Source of the DNA: Candidatus Marinacidobacterium sp.
Lineage (GTDB): Bacteria; Acidobacteriota; Vicinamibacteria; Marinacidobacterales; Marinacidobacteraceae
NCBI GenBank assembly: GCA_965204755.1
Contig: OZ242011.1
Coordinates: forward strand, 2,208,001 to 2,272,000
Length of the DNA: 64,000 nucleotides
Direction: 5' to 3'
Part shown: positions 27,511 through 38,024 of the stretch, piece by piece
Layout: each line of letters opens with the position of its first letter
Numbering within the stretch: the first letter of the stretch is position 1
Position numbers and translations under genes: made by a program
Notes under the pieces: generated by a model
The model's database searches: none
What the model saw: the letters and a program-made list of their open reading frames with translations, nothing else
What the model was told of the DNA's origin: nothing

Positions 27511-28551
27511 ATGGCATCGAATTTCCGTTTTGCGGCGCTCGTCGTCTGCTGCGCCGCCCTGACTGCCGCGTCCGTCCGTCCGGCCGAGGCCCAGGACACG
27601 CCGGCCGCGCGGTGCAGCGTCGCCGTCAACGCCCAGGATCTCGACGGGGTCATCGACGCGTGCCCCGCCGCCCTGGAGGAACTTCCGACGGATCATCCCT
27701 TCTACGACCACTTCCAGCAGACCCTGAACTACGCCTTCGGGCAGCGGTGCACCCCGGCGGCGCAATCCCAGGACTGGGATTCGGTGCTCACCTACTGCGT
27801 GCCGGCGGCCCCGATGAATCCCGGATTGAACTTCGTCATCGGCCTCGCCTACCAGGCCAAGCAGGACTGGGCCAACGCCGGCCCCTACTTCGAAGCGTTC
27901 GTCAACGCCGGCGGCGGCCAGGCGGAACAGGTGGCGCTCGCGCAGCGCAGCGGCGGGATCGCCCTCGCGCGGGCCGGCGCTCCGGACCGCGCCGTCCCGT
28001 TGCTGCAAGGCGCCGCGCGAGCGAAACCCGACGATGTCGAGGTCCAGTACCGGCTGGGAGTCGCCCTTCTCCGCATGGGAGACACCGACGGCGGCGAACG
28101 GGCGCTCGGAGCGGTGATCGACGCGGCGCCGGCGGGATCCGCGGCGCGCATGCAGGCGCTCTTCATGGCCGGACAGGTCAACCACCAGGCGGGCGACTTC
28201 GCCAAGGCGGCGGAACGCCTCGGCGAGTACCTGGGCGCCGACCCGGACGGCGAGCGGGCTGCCGATGTCCACTACATGTTGGGCCAAGCCCTCCAAGGCT
28301 CGGACACCGCGCAGGCCGCGACCCACTACCGCGGCTTCCTCGACCGGGCCGGGAGCGCCGCGGACGATCCACGGGTCGCCGATGCGGCCTACGCCGCCGG
28401 CACCATCTACTACAACGGCGACGACTGCGCGAATGCCGAGACCTTCTACCAGCGCTTCATCGAGGTCGCTTCGAGCGATGATCGCGCCGCCCAGGTCCAG
28501 GAGATCCTCGCGTCGATCGCCGAGGGGGCGTGCGGCGGCGACCGCTGCTGA
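27511..28551 (+). CDS. Exported TPR protein (paralog 2)
   Basis: GGGAGA RBS; signal peptide ending AEA|Q; two C-x15-C motifs; TPRs. Confidence 0.88.
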   Translation: MASNFRFAALVVCCAALTAASVRPAEAQDTPAARCSVAVNAQDLDGVIDACPAALEELPTDHPFYDHFQQTLNYAFGQRCTPAAQSQDWDSVLTYCVPAAPMNPGLNFVIGLAYQAKQDWANAGPYFEAFVNAGGGQAEQVALAQRSGGIALARAGAPDRAVPLLQGAARAKPDDVEVQYRLGVALLRMGDTDGGERALGAVIDAAPAGSAARMQALFMAGQVNHQAGDFAKAAERLGEYLGADPDGERAADVHYMLGQALQGSDTAQAATHYRGFLDRAGSAADDPRVADAAYAAGTIYYNGDDCANAETFYQRFIEVASSDDRAAQVQEILASIAEGACGGDRC

Positions 28552-28577
28552 TCGCTGCCCTATCGGACAACTCCATC

Positions 28578-28642
28578 GCCTGCCGACGGTCGGCAGGCAG
28601 GGCTTTCGGACGGGCCGTGAGCGGCGCGGCGTGTGCTAATCT
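28578..28642 (+). promoter_or_regulatory. Perfect 10-1-10 palindrome and extended -10 upstream of TPR paralog 3
   Basis: GCCTGCCGAC-G-GTCGGCAGGC at 28578-28598; TGcTAATCT at 28634-28642. Confidence 0.45.
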
Positions 28643-28801
28643 GACCGGCTGAAATTCGCGGGTTTCGGCCCGCGACGGTCGTGATGCGGGCGGCCGGCTC
28701 CGTCAGGTTCGGTGTTCGCTGCCTGCAGGCCCCGTTGCCTCGGCCAGTCCCTTCGGCCTGTTCCTCGTCGGCCTGCCGCTTCCGACGCAAGGAGATTCCC
28801 C

Positions 28802-29953
28802 ATGTTCCTGTGGTTCGCCGCCTTCCTACTGACAGCGCCCGGTCTGCCCGGTCTGCCCGGTTCCGCGCTCGCGTCCGCCGAGGCCGCTCCGCAACTCACC
28901 ATCGAGCGGGTCGTCGAGGACGACGACGAGGAAGGCGCCCCCTGCCGGGACGCCATCGAGGCGCAGGACTGGGGTGAGGTGATCACCCTCTGCGAGGCGC
29001 TTCTCGATGTCCGGGAAGCCGCCTTGGCGGAGATGGACGAGAGCAGCCGGGATTGGGCCCCCACGAAGGACAATGTGGAGACCACCAAGCAGAATGTGGA
29101 CTACGCCTACCGGATGCTCTGCGAGGGCGCGGCGCAGGCTCAGGACTGGGGCTCTGCTATCGCGAACTGCGGCCCGGCGGCGGAGCGCTACCCGGATGCG
29201 TTCCAGTTCCAACTCTACCTGGCGCTCGGCCATCAGGCGGCCCAGGACACCGAGGCGTCGGTCGCGTCGTTCCGCGCGTTTTTGGACGGCGTGCAGGGGA
29301 ATCCGGAAATGGCCGCGCAACTCGCCCAGCAGGTCGCCTTCGCGCAGAAGAGTCTGGGGATCGCGCTGCTCACGACCGGGGACCGCGCGGCGGCGCTGCC
29401 CGTGCTTCGCGATGCGGCGGCGGCGAGTCCGGGCGACCCCGAACTCCAGACCCGCCTCGGTCTCGTCCTCCTGGAGGAAGACGACGAAGGCGCCGACGCC
29501 ACGCTGGACACGGCGATCGGCCTCAACGCCGACAACCCCCAAGTCCTGGAGAGCATCTACCAGGAGATCTTCCGGTTCGGCGCCAACAGTTTCAACGAGC
29601 AGGAATACGCGGCCGCCATGGCCCGCTTGACGAAGTACCTGTCCGGCCAACCGGACGGCGAGTACGCCACCGACGCCCACTTCATGGTGGCGGAGATCGC
29701 GATCCGGGACAACGAGAACGCCCTGGCCATGGAGCACTACCGGGCGTTCCTCGAACGCGCTCCGAGCGACCCTCGCGCGGCCGATGTCAACTTCCGGGTC
29801 GGCGAGTACTACTTCCAGCGCCGGGACTGCAACACCGCGGAGCGCTACTACCGGCGCTACATGGCCCAAGGCGGACGAAGCGGCCAGAACGCCGCGTATG
29901 TCGAGGACATCCTCCTCGACTTCGAAGACGGGATCTGCGAACCCGGCGACTGA
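28802..29953 (+). CDS. Exported TPR protein (paralog 3)
   Basis: AAGGAG RBS; signal peptide; two C-x15-C motifs; TPRs. Confidence 0.88.
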   Translation: MFLWFAAFLLTAPGLPGLPGSALASAEAAPQLTIERVVEDDDEEGAPCRDAIEAQDWGEVITLCEALLDVREAALAEMDESSRDWAPTKDNVETTKQNVDYAYRMLCEGAAQAQDWGSAIANCGPAAERYPDAFQFQLYLALGHQAAQDTEASVASFRAFLDGVQGNPEMAAQLAQQVAFAQKSLGIALLTTGDRAAALPVLRDAAAASPGDPELQTRLGLVLLEEDDEGADATLDTAIGLNADNPQVLESIYQEIFRFGANSFNEQEYAAAMARLTKYLSGQPDGEYATDAHFMVAEIAIRDNENALAMEHYRAFLERAPSDPRAADVNFRVGEYYFQRRDCNTAERYYRRYMAQGGRSGQNAAYVEDILLDFEDGICEPGD

Positions 29954-29978
29954 CCTCGACTGACCTCGACTGACCTCG
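29947..29978. repeat. 10-bp tandem repeat x3 spanning a stop codon
   Basis: (CGACTGACCT)x3. Confidence 0.85.
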
Positions 29979-30013
29979 GTCGGGGCCGGGCCGGTCGCGC
30001 CGGCCGCCCCCGC

Positions 30014-30505
30014 TCAGGCCGGCGGGGCCTCGAGGGACCTGCCGCCGAAAGGCGCCCCGGCGGGGCGCCGCAGGTAGCGGGGGAGGAGCGGGGTTCCGAG
30101 GAGGCGCAGCCGCTGGCGCTCCACTCCCCAGATCCGGGCCAGGAGCAGGTTGAGGTAGCGGAGTTCGGAGAGCGAGTAACGCACCCCGCCGCTGCGGTAG
30201 CGCCCGAGCCAGTGGCCCGGAAGCGTGCTGGCGACCTCGAACCAGCGGTGGTCCGCCTCGGCGGTGGTCTTCCGCGCCGTTTCCAGCGAGCACGCGACGA
30301 CCTGCAGCAGCGACCCGGGCTCCAGGAGGCGGCCGGCCGCCGCCACCGAGGCCACCCCCCGCAGCAGGTAGAGCAGGCACCAGCGCACTTCCGGCGTGAG
30401 GGACTCGGGATCCCCGAGCATCCGGGGAGCGAGGAAGGCGGCGGCGCTCTCCCGATCGTCGAGCAGCAGCCGGTGGAGCGCCGCCCGCAGCGCGCCGTGG
30501 GGCAT
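30014..30505 (-). CDS. Hypothetical protein
   Basis: 163-aa ORF filling the gap, protein-like composition, no recognised motif. Confidence 0.55.
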   Translation of the reverse strand: MPHGALRAALHRLLLDDRESAAAFLAPRMLGDPESLTPEVRWCLLYLLRGVASVAAAGRLLEPGSLLQVVACSLETARKTTAEADHRWFEVASTLPGHWLGRYRSGGVRYSLSELRYLNLLLARIWGVERQRLRLLGTPLLPRYLRRPAGAPFGGRSLEAPPA

Positions 30506-30590
30506 GGAGGGGTTCCCGGATGCCGCGATCAGCGGGATCTGAAGCGGGAAAAACCGCCCGACCCGGCGGGGCCGTCGATCGTCGCGCCGG

Positions 30591-33500
30591 TCACCGCCGA
30601 CGCTCCCGGGAGTCGTTCGCTCCCGCCCGAGGCCCTCTACCGCCGCCCTCGGCGTCGGTCGGAGACTCTCCGGGTCGGTCGTCCAGGAAGCCGTGGATCA
30701 CCTCCGGCCCGAGGCGGCGGGTGTTGTATTCCTCCGCCCAGCGGAGGAGCGTTTCGTTCGCCGGATACTCGTCCTCCGGGTAGGGGTACGCGCTCATCCC
30801 GTGGAACGGGAGCGGCGCCACGGTGTGCGGACGGGCGGAGTTCAGGTCCATGTCCTTTCCGAAGCCGTCGGCGAGCAGGAAGAAAGCCCGATGGCTTCCG
30901 GGCGGCGGAGGAGGCGCGGCGGAGGCGTCGAAGCGCAGGAGGATCTCGTCGCCGTGCCGCGCGATGACATACCGGTCGTCCACGGCGGTGAGCAGCGGGC
31001 GGACCTCGCCGTATCGCGTGTAGCCCCCTTCGTGGGCGCCCCAGGTGTCCGAGGCGCGGCGGCGCTCGTAGCGGTACTCGACCGGAGGCCGCCCGGAGGG
31101 GCGGTGGGGCTCCGGGTAGCCGGCGAACCGCAGTTCCGCGGTGTCCGGATCCAACTCGAATCGCCGGATCCCGGCGTCCGGGGCCGCCTCGGCGATCTCG
31201 ATCCGGTCCCAGTAGATCCGCATGTTCGTCGAGATGCGGAGCGTGACCGCCGAGCCGTAGTCGCGTTTCGGGAGGGGGACGACCATGGTCTTCGGCAGAC
31301 CGGCCGGGAACCCCATCGAAGGGACCAGCGGCAGGAACCCGTCGCCGTCGGCGATCTCGAGTGACGGCGGGGACGCCGCCACCCCGGCCTGCGAGGCGGC
31401 CAGGTTCGAACTCGAGTCCGCGTAGTCCACCCACCCGTAGAGGAGCAGCACCGGCGCCGGGTTCGGCCGCACTCCCTCGAAGTGGAGGTCGAGGTGGTGG
31501 GTCTCGGCGTAGCCCTTGAACGGCAGGTTCTCGAAGTCGTCCACATAGTCCCGGTCCACGCTGAGGAGCCGGTCGGTAACTTCGCGGGCATCCCGGCCGG
31601 CCGCGCGGGAGACCGCCCGGCCCGGCGGGCGCCGGTTCCGCACGGCGACCAGCGCCGGCGGCGGATAGGGGGGGGCGGGCATCAGGCGCTCGTCGGGGAA
31701 CAGGTCCACCCCCTCCGGCGCGTCCGCGATCCACAGGGAGGCGCGGTCGTAGAAGATGACCTCTTCGAGTTGGTTCACCCAACGGAACTCGTAGGCCCCG
31801 TTCCGGGGCGCCGGGGAGAACGATTCCAGTTTCACCACTTCGGCGGTGTCGGGCGTGTTGAAAACGCCGGGCGCCAGCAGGTTGCCGATCGCGCTGCCTC
31901 CCAGGAAGTCCGTCACGAAACGCGTGCGCTCGCCGTCCCAGGCGTAGAGCACCGGGCAGGAAGTCCCTTTCCGGTTCAGTTCCTCGATGGAGGCCACCCG
32001 GGCGGCGGGAACCTCCAGTTCGATCTGCTTCACCCCGCCCGGCCAGAGGAAGCGGACATAGTCGGCGGCCGCGGCCTCGCCGAGCCCGAAGTGGAGCGGC
32101 AGGTCGTCCTGCGACAGGTACCCGGAAGTCGAACGGACCTCCCGGCGCTGGGAGACCGCGCCCACGCGGACCTCGACCTTGGCGCCGAGGCCGTCGAGAT
32201 TGCTGCGGAGCCCGCGGGCCCGCACCGCCATCCAGTTGGCCTCCGGGGCGGTGTCGTTCCGGAACGCCAGCAGCCGTCCGAAGGTCGTCCCGGCGACCGC
32301 GTCGAGGTCGCCGTCCCCGTCCACATCGGCGAGCGCCAGCGCCCGGGCCTCCTCTCCGTCCTCGAGTCCGGCGCCGACCGACGCCGCCCGGACGAAGCCG
32401 CCCGGGGTGTTCTCGTAGAGCGCGAGCACGGCCTCGGGTTCGTTCACCACCAGCGCCAGGTCGAGATCCAGGTCCCGATCCGCATCCAGGAACGAGACGC
32501 CGTAGCGGGCCCCCGGAACGCCGGCCTGCAGCAGGAGCGGGGAGGCGAGGTCCGGCGAGAAGCCTTCTCCCGCCGGGCCGCGGAGCAGCAGGTTCAGCGC
32601 GCCGCCCTCCGCGGTCAGGGCGAGGTCGAAGGCGCCGTCGCGGTCGAAGTCCCCGGAGGCGGCGCCCCGCATCCGGGCCGCGGTCTCGACGCCCCAAGCC
32701 TCCGCGGACTCGGTGAAAGTCCCGACCCGGTCGTTCGAGAACACCTGGACCGGACTGCCGTCGTTCACCACCAGGAAGTCCACATCGCGGTCGTCGTCCC
32801 AGTCCGAGAACAGGGAGAACAGACTGCGGCGCGGGCCCCCGTCCGTCCGCGTCTCGCCGCCCACCTCGGTGAAACCGCCGTCGCCGTCGTTCCGGTAGAG
32901 GCGGTTCGGCGCTCCCGGGATCCCCTCGGGAACCGGAATCTCACCGGCGAGGCCGACCAGGGCCCCCGGCGCGTAGTTCGCCGTGTAGAGATCGAGGTCG
33001 CCGTCGTGGTCGAAGTCGGCGAAGGTCGCGGAAACGGAGACCTCGCCGCCCTCCGCGCCGGAGCCCTCTGCCGCGTCGAAACCCGTTCCTCCCTCCGCGG
33101 CGCGGTTCAGGAGCAGCGCGTTCGGGCCGCTCGCCGCCACATAGAGATCCGGGTCGCCGTCCCGATCCACATCCCCGATGGTGACGCTCACCGCGCCGGG
33201 AACCGCGAGTTCGTCCCAAGGTTCGAAAATCCCGCCGAGGTTCCGGAACAGGACCACGCGCCCGCCGCGGACGAAGGCCAAGTCGGGCCGCCCGTCGCCG
33301 TCGAAGTCGCGGAAGGCGGCTCCGGAGCCGAGGTCGGGCAGCAGGTTCCGGGCGGCCCACTCCGGCGAGTAGTCGGAGGCCGACACCGACACCGGCGGGG
33401 CGGGCGGCGGAAGCGGCGTGAGGCCGAGCCCCCAAGCCTCCGTCCGTTCGCTGAAGGCGAAGGCGCCGGTCGGGGGCCGGGGGGCGGGCGCTTCCTGCAG

Positions 33501-34214
33501 CGGCGGCGGCGACTCCTCCATCGCTTCGGCGTAAGGGCCGAGTTCGGTGTACTGGAGCCCGGCGCTCACGCCGCCGCCGGCGAACACCTCCCGGAGGCGC
33601 TGGAATTCCTCCAGTTCCCGGCGGCCCTCCTCGCGGCGCCCGGCGCGGACGAGCACATTGCCGAGGCTGAACCGGGCCGACTCGTGCTCCGGCTGCAGTT
33701 CGAGCGCCGCGCGAAGCGCGGTTTCTGCTTCGTCCAGCCGGCCGACCGCGGCGTACGCGGCGCCCAGGTAGTACTGGGTCATCGCATCGTCCGGATCCAT
33801 TTCCGCCACCCGGCGGAACGCCTCGAGCGCGGCTTCGGTGTTCCCCTCGAGTTTCTCGATCAGGCCCAGGTTGTAGAGGGCGTGGGGCGCCTCGGCGTCG
33901 AGGGAGCGCGCCCGCTCGAAACTGCCCCGCGCCCGGTCGAAACGGCGCTCGTTGAACCAGGCGATCCCGAGGTTCACATGACCGGCCACGGAATCGGGAG
34001 CGAGTTCCACCACCCGCGCGAACTCGTCGGCGGCATCCCGGAAGCGGAACTGCTCGAGCAGCGCGACCCCGCGGCTCATGCGGTTCGCCGCCTCCTCGCC
34101 CGCCGGGAGGAGACCGGGCGGGGAGCCGACCGCGACGGCGGCCGAGAACGCGGCCGGGAGCACCGCGGCCGGAAGGCGCCGAACGAACCGCGAGGGGCCG
34201 GCGCCGCTGTCCAT
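30591..34214 (-). CDS. TPR + FG-GAP repeat + ASPIC/UnbV (CRTAC1-like) protein
   Basis: N-terminal TPRs; [10 protein letters not shown]-type repeats; [23 protein letters not shown]; [10 protein letters not shown]. Confidence 0.9.
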   Translation of the reverse strand: MDSGAGPSRFVRRLPAAVLPAAFSAAVAVGSPPGLLPAGEEAANRMSRGVALLEQFRFRDAADEFARVVELAPDSVAGHVNLGIAWFNERRFDRARGSFERARSLDAEAPHALYNLGLIEKLEGNTEAALEAFRRVAEMDPDDAMTQYYLGAAYAAVGRLDEAETALRAALELQPEHESARFSLGNVLVRAGRREEGRRELEEFQRLREVFAGGGVSAGLQYTELGPYAEAMEESPPPLQEAPAPRPPTGAFAFSERTEAWGLGLTPLPPPAPPVSVSASDYSPEWAARNLLPDLGSGAAFRDFDGDGRPDLAFVRGGRVVLFRNLGGIFEPWDELAVPGAVSVTIGDVDRDGDPDLYVAASGPNALLLNRAAEGGTGFDAAEGSGAEGGEVSVSATFADFDHDGDLDLYTANYAPGALVGLAGEIPVPEGIPGAPNRLYRNDGDGGFTEVGGETRTDGGPRRSLFSLFSDWDDDRDVDFLVVNDGSPVQVFSNDRVGTFTESAEAWGVETAARMRGAASGDFDRDGAFDLALTAEGGALNLLLRGPAGEGFSPDLASPLLLQAGVPGARYGVSFLDADRDLDLDLALVVNEPEAVLALYENTPGGFVRAASVGAGLEDGEEARALALADVDGDGDLDAVAGTTFGRLLAFRNDTAPEANWMAVRARGLRSNLDGLGAKVEVRVGAVSQRREVRSTSGYLSQDDLPLHFGLGEAAAADYVRFLWPGGVKQIELEVPAARVASIEELNRKGTSCPVLYAWDGERTRFVTDFLGGSAIGNLLAPGVFNTPDTAEVVKLESFSPAPRNGAYEFRWVNQLEEVIFYDRASLWIADAPEGVDLFPDERLMPAPPYPPPALVAVRNRRPPGRAVSRAAGRDAREVTDRLLSVDRDYVDDFENLPFKGYAETHHLDLHFEGVRPNPAPVLLLYGWVDYADSSSNLAASQAGVAASPPSLEIADGDGFLPLVPSMGFPAGLPKTMVVPLPKRDYGSAVTLRISTNMRIYWDRIEIAEAAPDAGIRRFELDPDTAELRFAGYPEPHRPSGRPPVEYRYERRRASDTWGAHEGGYTRYGEVRPLLTAVDDRYVIARHGDEILLRFDASAAPPPPPGSHRAFFLLADGFGKDMDLNSARPHTVAPLPFHGMSAYPYPEDEYPANETLLRWAEEYNTRRLGPEVIHGFLDDRPGESPTDAEGGGRGPRAGANDSRERRR

Positions 34215-34355
34215 GGCGGCGCTGATTATGACGAACCCCCGGAGCGCTCCCGGCCTCCCGGAGAGCACGCCGAGCGCGCGGGCGCCGGCATCGGCCCGCC
34301 TCCGGAGGCGGGCCGGCGGGTCGTCGGCGGTTCCCGTCGACAATACCGCCCGCCC

Positions 34356-36359
34356 GTGATCCAACTCGTGGACGCCTCGAAGGCCTACGGCGAGCAGGTG
34401 CTGCTGCGCCGGGCGAACTGGAGGGTCGGCGCCGGAGAGCGGATCGGCTTGGTCGGGCCGAACGGATCCGGGAAGACCACCCTGCTCCGGATCCTGGCGG
34501 GGCGCGCTCCCCTCGACGACGGCGCGGTGGTCCGCGCGCGGGCCGCCCGGATCGGGTACCTGCCCCAGGAGGGGCTGCGACTCGCCGGGAGGTCGGTCGG
34601 CGAGGAAGTGAAGATGGCCTTCGCCGACCTCATCGAGAAACGGCGCGTCCAGGAAGTCCTGGCGGACCGGCTGGCGCGGCGCCCGGAGGAGCCGGGTCTG
34701 CTGGACCGCTACGGCGAGATCGAAGAGGAGTGGCAGCGGCGGGGCGGGTACGAACTGGATGCGCGGGTCGGGGAAGTGCTCTCCGGCCTCGGTTTCGGCG
34801 AAGGGGACGAGGCCCGCCCGGCGGAGGACTTCTCCCAGGGCTGGCAGATGCGGATCGCGCTCGCGCGGCTGCTGCTGGAGGCGAACGACCTCATCCTCCT
34901 CGACGAACCCACGAACTACCTCGACCTCGAAGCGCGAACCTGGCTGCTCGGCTTCCTCTCGCAGCATCGCGGCGGGCTGGTGCTGGTGGCGCACGACCGG
35001 TACTTCCTGGACCAGGTCGTCACCGGCATCACCGAGATCGGCGCCGGCCGGCTGGGCCGCTACCCGGGCGGCTACAGCGACTACGAGACCCGCCGCGCGG
35101 CGGAGATCGCCGAACTGCGGAAGCGGGCCGCCGAGCAGGAAGCGGAGATCGAACGCCACCGGCGGTTCATCAACCGCTTCCGCTACCAGGCGAGCCGCGC
35201 CCGGCAGGTCCAGAGCCGGGTCAAGGCGCTCGAACGCATGGAGCGCATCGAAGCGCCGCCCGAACGGCGGCGCGTACGGCTTTCGCTCCCCCGGCCGCCG
35301 CGGTCCGGCCGGGTGCTGGTGACGCTCGACGGCGTGGCCAAGCGGTTCGGCGCCCTACGGGTTTTCGAGGGCCTCGACCTCGTCGTCGAGCGCGGCGAGC
35401 GGCTGGCGCTCGTCGGGCCGAACGGCGCCGGCAAGTCCACGCTGATTCGGCTGCTCGCCGGCGCCGAACGGCCGGATGCCGGAACGCGCGAGCCGGGCCA
35501 CGAGGCGCAGATCGCCTGGTACGGCCCCGATCGGCACGACCTCGATCCGGAGCGGACCGTCCGGCAGACGATGAGCGACGCCGCGCCGCTTCCCCGGCTC
35601 CCGGAGATCCGGAACATCCTGGGGGCGTTCCTCTTCTCCGGCGACGCCGTGGACAAACGCACCGCCGTCCTCTCCGGAGGCGAACGTTGCCGGCTGGCGC
35701 TCGCGCGGCTGTTCCTGCGCCCGGCGAACCTGCTCCTCCTCGACGAGCCGACGAACCACCTCGATCTCGACGCGAAGGCCGCGTTGCTGTCGGCGCTACG
35801 CGACTACCGCGGGACCGTGGTCTTCGTCGCCCACGACCGCTACTTCATGGACGCCCTCGCCACCCGCGTCGCGGTCGTCGGCGAAGGGGGCGCCGCCGTG
35901 TATTGGGGCAACTACTCGGACTACCTGGCGCGGCAGGAGGGCGACCGGGACGCCGAGCGGAAGCCGAAGGCCGCCGCGGCGCGGCGAAACGAGGCCCCGG
36001 CCCGCGGCGATGCCGCCGGAGGGTCGAAAACCGGCCGGAAGCCGCCGCGCGCCGCGAAACCCAAGGGCGGGAAGAACCGGCAGCGCGAACGGAAACGGCG
36101 CTGGCGAGCCGCGTTCGAGGCGGTCGCGGACGCCGAGGCGGCGATCGAGAGTTTGGAAGCCCGGATGGCCGCGCCCGGATTCTGGGAGGACCGCGAAGGG
36201 GCGGGCCGCATCGCCGCGACCCACGCCGACCTTCAGCGGCGCCTGCCCGGCCTCTACGAAGAACTGACCCGCTTGGACGAAGAGGCGGCGGAGGCGGTCG
36301 CCGCCGGGGGCTCGAGCGCTACCCCGAAACCGCTCGCCGGCCGGTTCGCGGAGCCGTAG
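34356..36359 (+). CDS. ABC-F family ATPase
   Basis: Two NBDs ([16 protein letters not shown]; LLDEPTN; AHDRYF), no TM domain, C-terminal coiled coil. Confidence 0.93.
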   Translation: MIQLVDASKAYGEQVLLRRANWRVGAGERIGLVGPNGSGKTTLLRILAGRAPLDDGAVVRARAARIGYLPQEGLRLAGRSVGEEVKMAFADLIEKRRVQEVLADRLARRPEEPGLLDRYGEIEEEWQRRGGYELDARVGEVLSGLGFGEGDEARPAEDFSQGWQMRIALARLLLEANDLILLDEPTNYLDLEARTWLLGFLSQHRGGLVLVAHDRYFLDQVVTGITEIGAGRLGRYPGGYSDYETRRAAEIAELRKRAAEQEAEIERHRRFINRFRYQASRARQVQSRVKALERMERIEAPPERRRVRLSLPRPPRSGRVLVTLDGVAKRFGALRVFEGLDLVVERGERLALVGPNGAGKSTLIRLLAGAERPDAGTREPGHEAQIAWYGPDRHDLDPERTVRQTMSDAAPLPRLPEIRNILGAFLFSGDAVDKRTAVLSGGERCRLALARLFLRPANLLLLDEPTNHLDLDAKAALLSALRDYRGTVVFVAHDRYFMDALATRVAVVGEGGAAVYWGNYSDYLARQEGDRDAERKPKAAAARRNEAPARGDAAGGSKTGRKPPRAAKPKGGKNRQRERKRRWRAAFEAVADAEAAIESLEARMAAPGFWEDREGAGRIAATHADLQRRLPGLYEELTRLDEEAAEAVAAGGSSATPKPLAGRFAEP

Positions 36360-36469
36360 CCGGCCGCCGTCGCCGCGGGCCTCCGGATCCCCGACCGGCC
36401 GGAGGAGGTCTTCCGGGGCGGGGCCGCTGCCGGCCCCCGCGCGGCCGGGCCACTACGATACTCCGCCGA

Positions 36470-36985
36470 ATGTACCGGGTCGCTTGCGACGGTTCCTGCC
36501 TCGAGAACCCCGGGCCCGGCGGTTGGGCGGTCATCATCACGGACACCGCCGGCAACGAGACGACGCGGACCGGGGCCGAACCGCACACCACGAACAACCG
36601 GATGGAGTTGACCGCCGCGATCGAAGCGCTGGCGTCCATCCCGAAGAACTGCCACGGGATCGTGTTCTGCGACAGCGAGTATGTGGTCAACGGGCTCCGG
36701 GACTGGCTTCCGGGTTGGAAGCGGCGGGGCTGGAAGACCAGCGCCGGGAAACCGGTGAAGAACCAGGACCTGTGGCGCCGGCTCGCCGCCGCCTCGGCGG
36801 AGAAGCCCTTCGTCCGGTTCCAGTGGGTCCGGGCGCATGCCGGCCACGAAGCGAACGAACGGGCGGACCGGGCGGCGTTCCGGGAGGCGAGCGCCGCCGG
36901 CGGAGGGACGCGGCAAGCCCGACCGAGGCGCGCCAAGCGAGCCACCGCCGGCCTCTTGCGCCCCCCCGTCCCGTACGCCGACTGA
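36470..36985 (+). CDS. rnhA: Ribonuclease HI
   Basis: DGSCLENPGPGGW, TTNNRMEL, DSEYV, WKRRGW, VKNQDLW, WVRAHAGH..NERAD. Confidence 0.96.
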   Translation: MYRVACDGSCLENPGPGGWAVIITDTAGNETTRTGAEPHTTNNRMELTAAIEALASIPKNCHGIVFCDSEYVVNGLRDWLPGWKRRGWKTSAGKPVKNQDLWRRLAAASAEKPFVRFQWVRAHAGHEANERADRAAFREASAAGGGTRQARPRRAKRATAGLLRPPVPYAD

Positions 36986-37030
36986 CCGGTCGGGCCTTCG
37001 CTCTCGCCGCCGCCGGATAGACTGGATTTC

Positions 37031-37978
37031 GTGCGCCGCTACCGCTTCTACCAAGCGGATGTGTTCACCGACCGGGTGTTCACCGGGAACGCGCTGGCGA
37101 TCTTTCCGTACGCCGACGGGCTCTCCGGCGATGAGATGCAGCGGATCGCCGCGGAGATGAACCTGTCGGAGACGGCGTTCGTGCTGTCCCCCACCGAGGT
37201 CCAGGCCCTGCTCCGGCTGCGGATCTTCACCCCGGTCACCGAGTTGCCGCTGGCCGGCCATCCGGTCGTGGGGACGATCTTCGTCCTCGCCTCGCGCGGC
37301 GAGTACGGGCTGGACGAGGCGCTCTCCGGAGTCGGCGACGGAGTCCGTCGAATCCACCAGGAATGCGGGGCCGGCGTGCTGCCGGTGGACATCCGGGTCC
37401 GCGGCGGCGAGGTGGAACAGGTGGTGATGACCCAGGCGCCTCCCCGCTTCTTCGGGGAGTTCGCGGACCGGGCGGCGCTGGCCGCCTGCCTGGGGTTGGG
37501 AGAGGACGACCTGTTGCCCGACGGGACGCCCGCCCAGGTCGTCTCCACGGCGATGCCGCAACTCATGGTGCCCGTCCGCTCCCTGCGGAGCCTCGAGCGG
37601 ATCGAACTGGACGCCGGCGCCGCTCGCTCGCTGCTGAATCGGGAGGAGATCGGTTCCGACTGCCTGATGGTCTTCTCCACGGAATGCGTGCGCCGGGAGA
37701 GCGCCGCCCACGCGCGCATGTTCGCCCCGGGGCTCGGCGTGGTGGAGGACCCCGCCACCGGGAGCGCCGCGGGAGCGCTGGGCGCCTGGCTCGTCCGCCA
37801 CCGGCGGGCGGTGGCGAACGATTCGGGGCCGGTCCGGTTGATCATCGAACAGGGCTACGAAATGGGTCGTCCCAGCACCATCCATGTCGAGGTGGAACAC
37901 GACGACGGCGCGCCCTCGGAAGTGCGGGTCGGCGGACAGGCGGTCTTCGTCGCCGAAGGCTCGCTGAGCCTCCCGTAG
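37031..37978 (+). CDS. PhzF-family isomerase/epimerase
   Basis: DVFT..GN, NLSETAF, RIFTP..ELPLAGHP, EDPATGSA, EQGYEMGRPS. Confidence 0.93.
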   Translation: MRRYRFYQADVFTDRVFTGNALAIFPYADGLSGDEMQRIAAEMNLSETAFVLSPTEVQALLRLRIFTPVTELPLAGHPVVGTIFVLASRGEYGLDEALSGVGDGVRRIHQECGAGVLPVDIRVRGGEVEQVVMTQAPPRFFGEFADRAALAACLGLGEDDLLPDGTPAQVVSTAMPQLMVPVRSLRSLERIELDAGAARSLLNREEIGSDCLMVFSTECVRRESAAHARMFAPGLGVVEDPATGSAAGALGAWLVRHRRAVANDSGPVRLIIEQGYEMGRPSTIHVEVEHDDGAPSEVRVGGQAVFVAEGSLSLP

Positions 37979-38024
37979 CCCGGAGCGGGGACCGCCGGGG
38001 GCGGGGCGCCCGCCCCGCGGGCCG

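Noticed and set aside
37031-37978. Phenazine biosynthesis cluster (PhzF plus trp/DAHPS genes)
   Set aside because: No phzA/B/D/E/G are present, the PhzF gene is a distant stand-alone homolog, and the DAHPS is not the type II PhzC.
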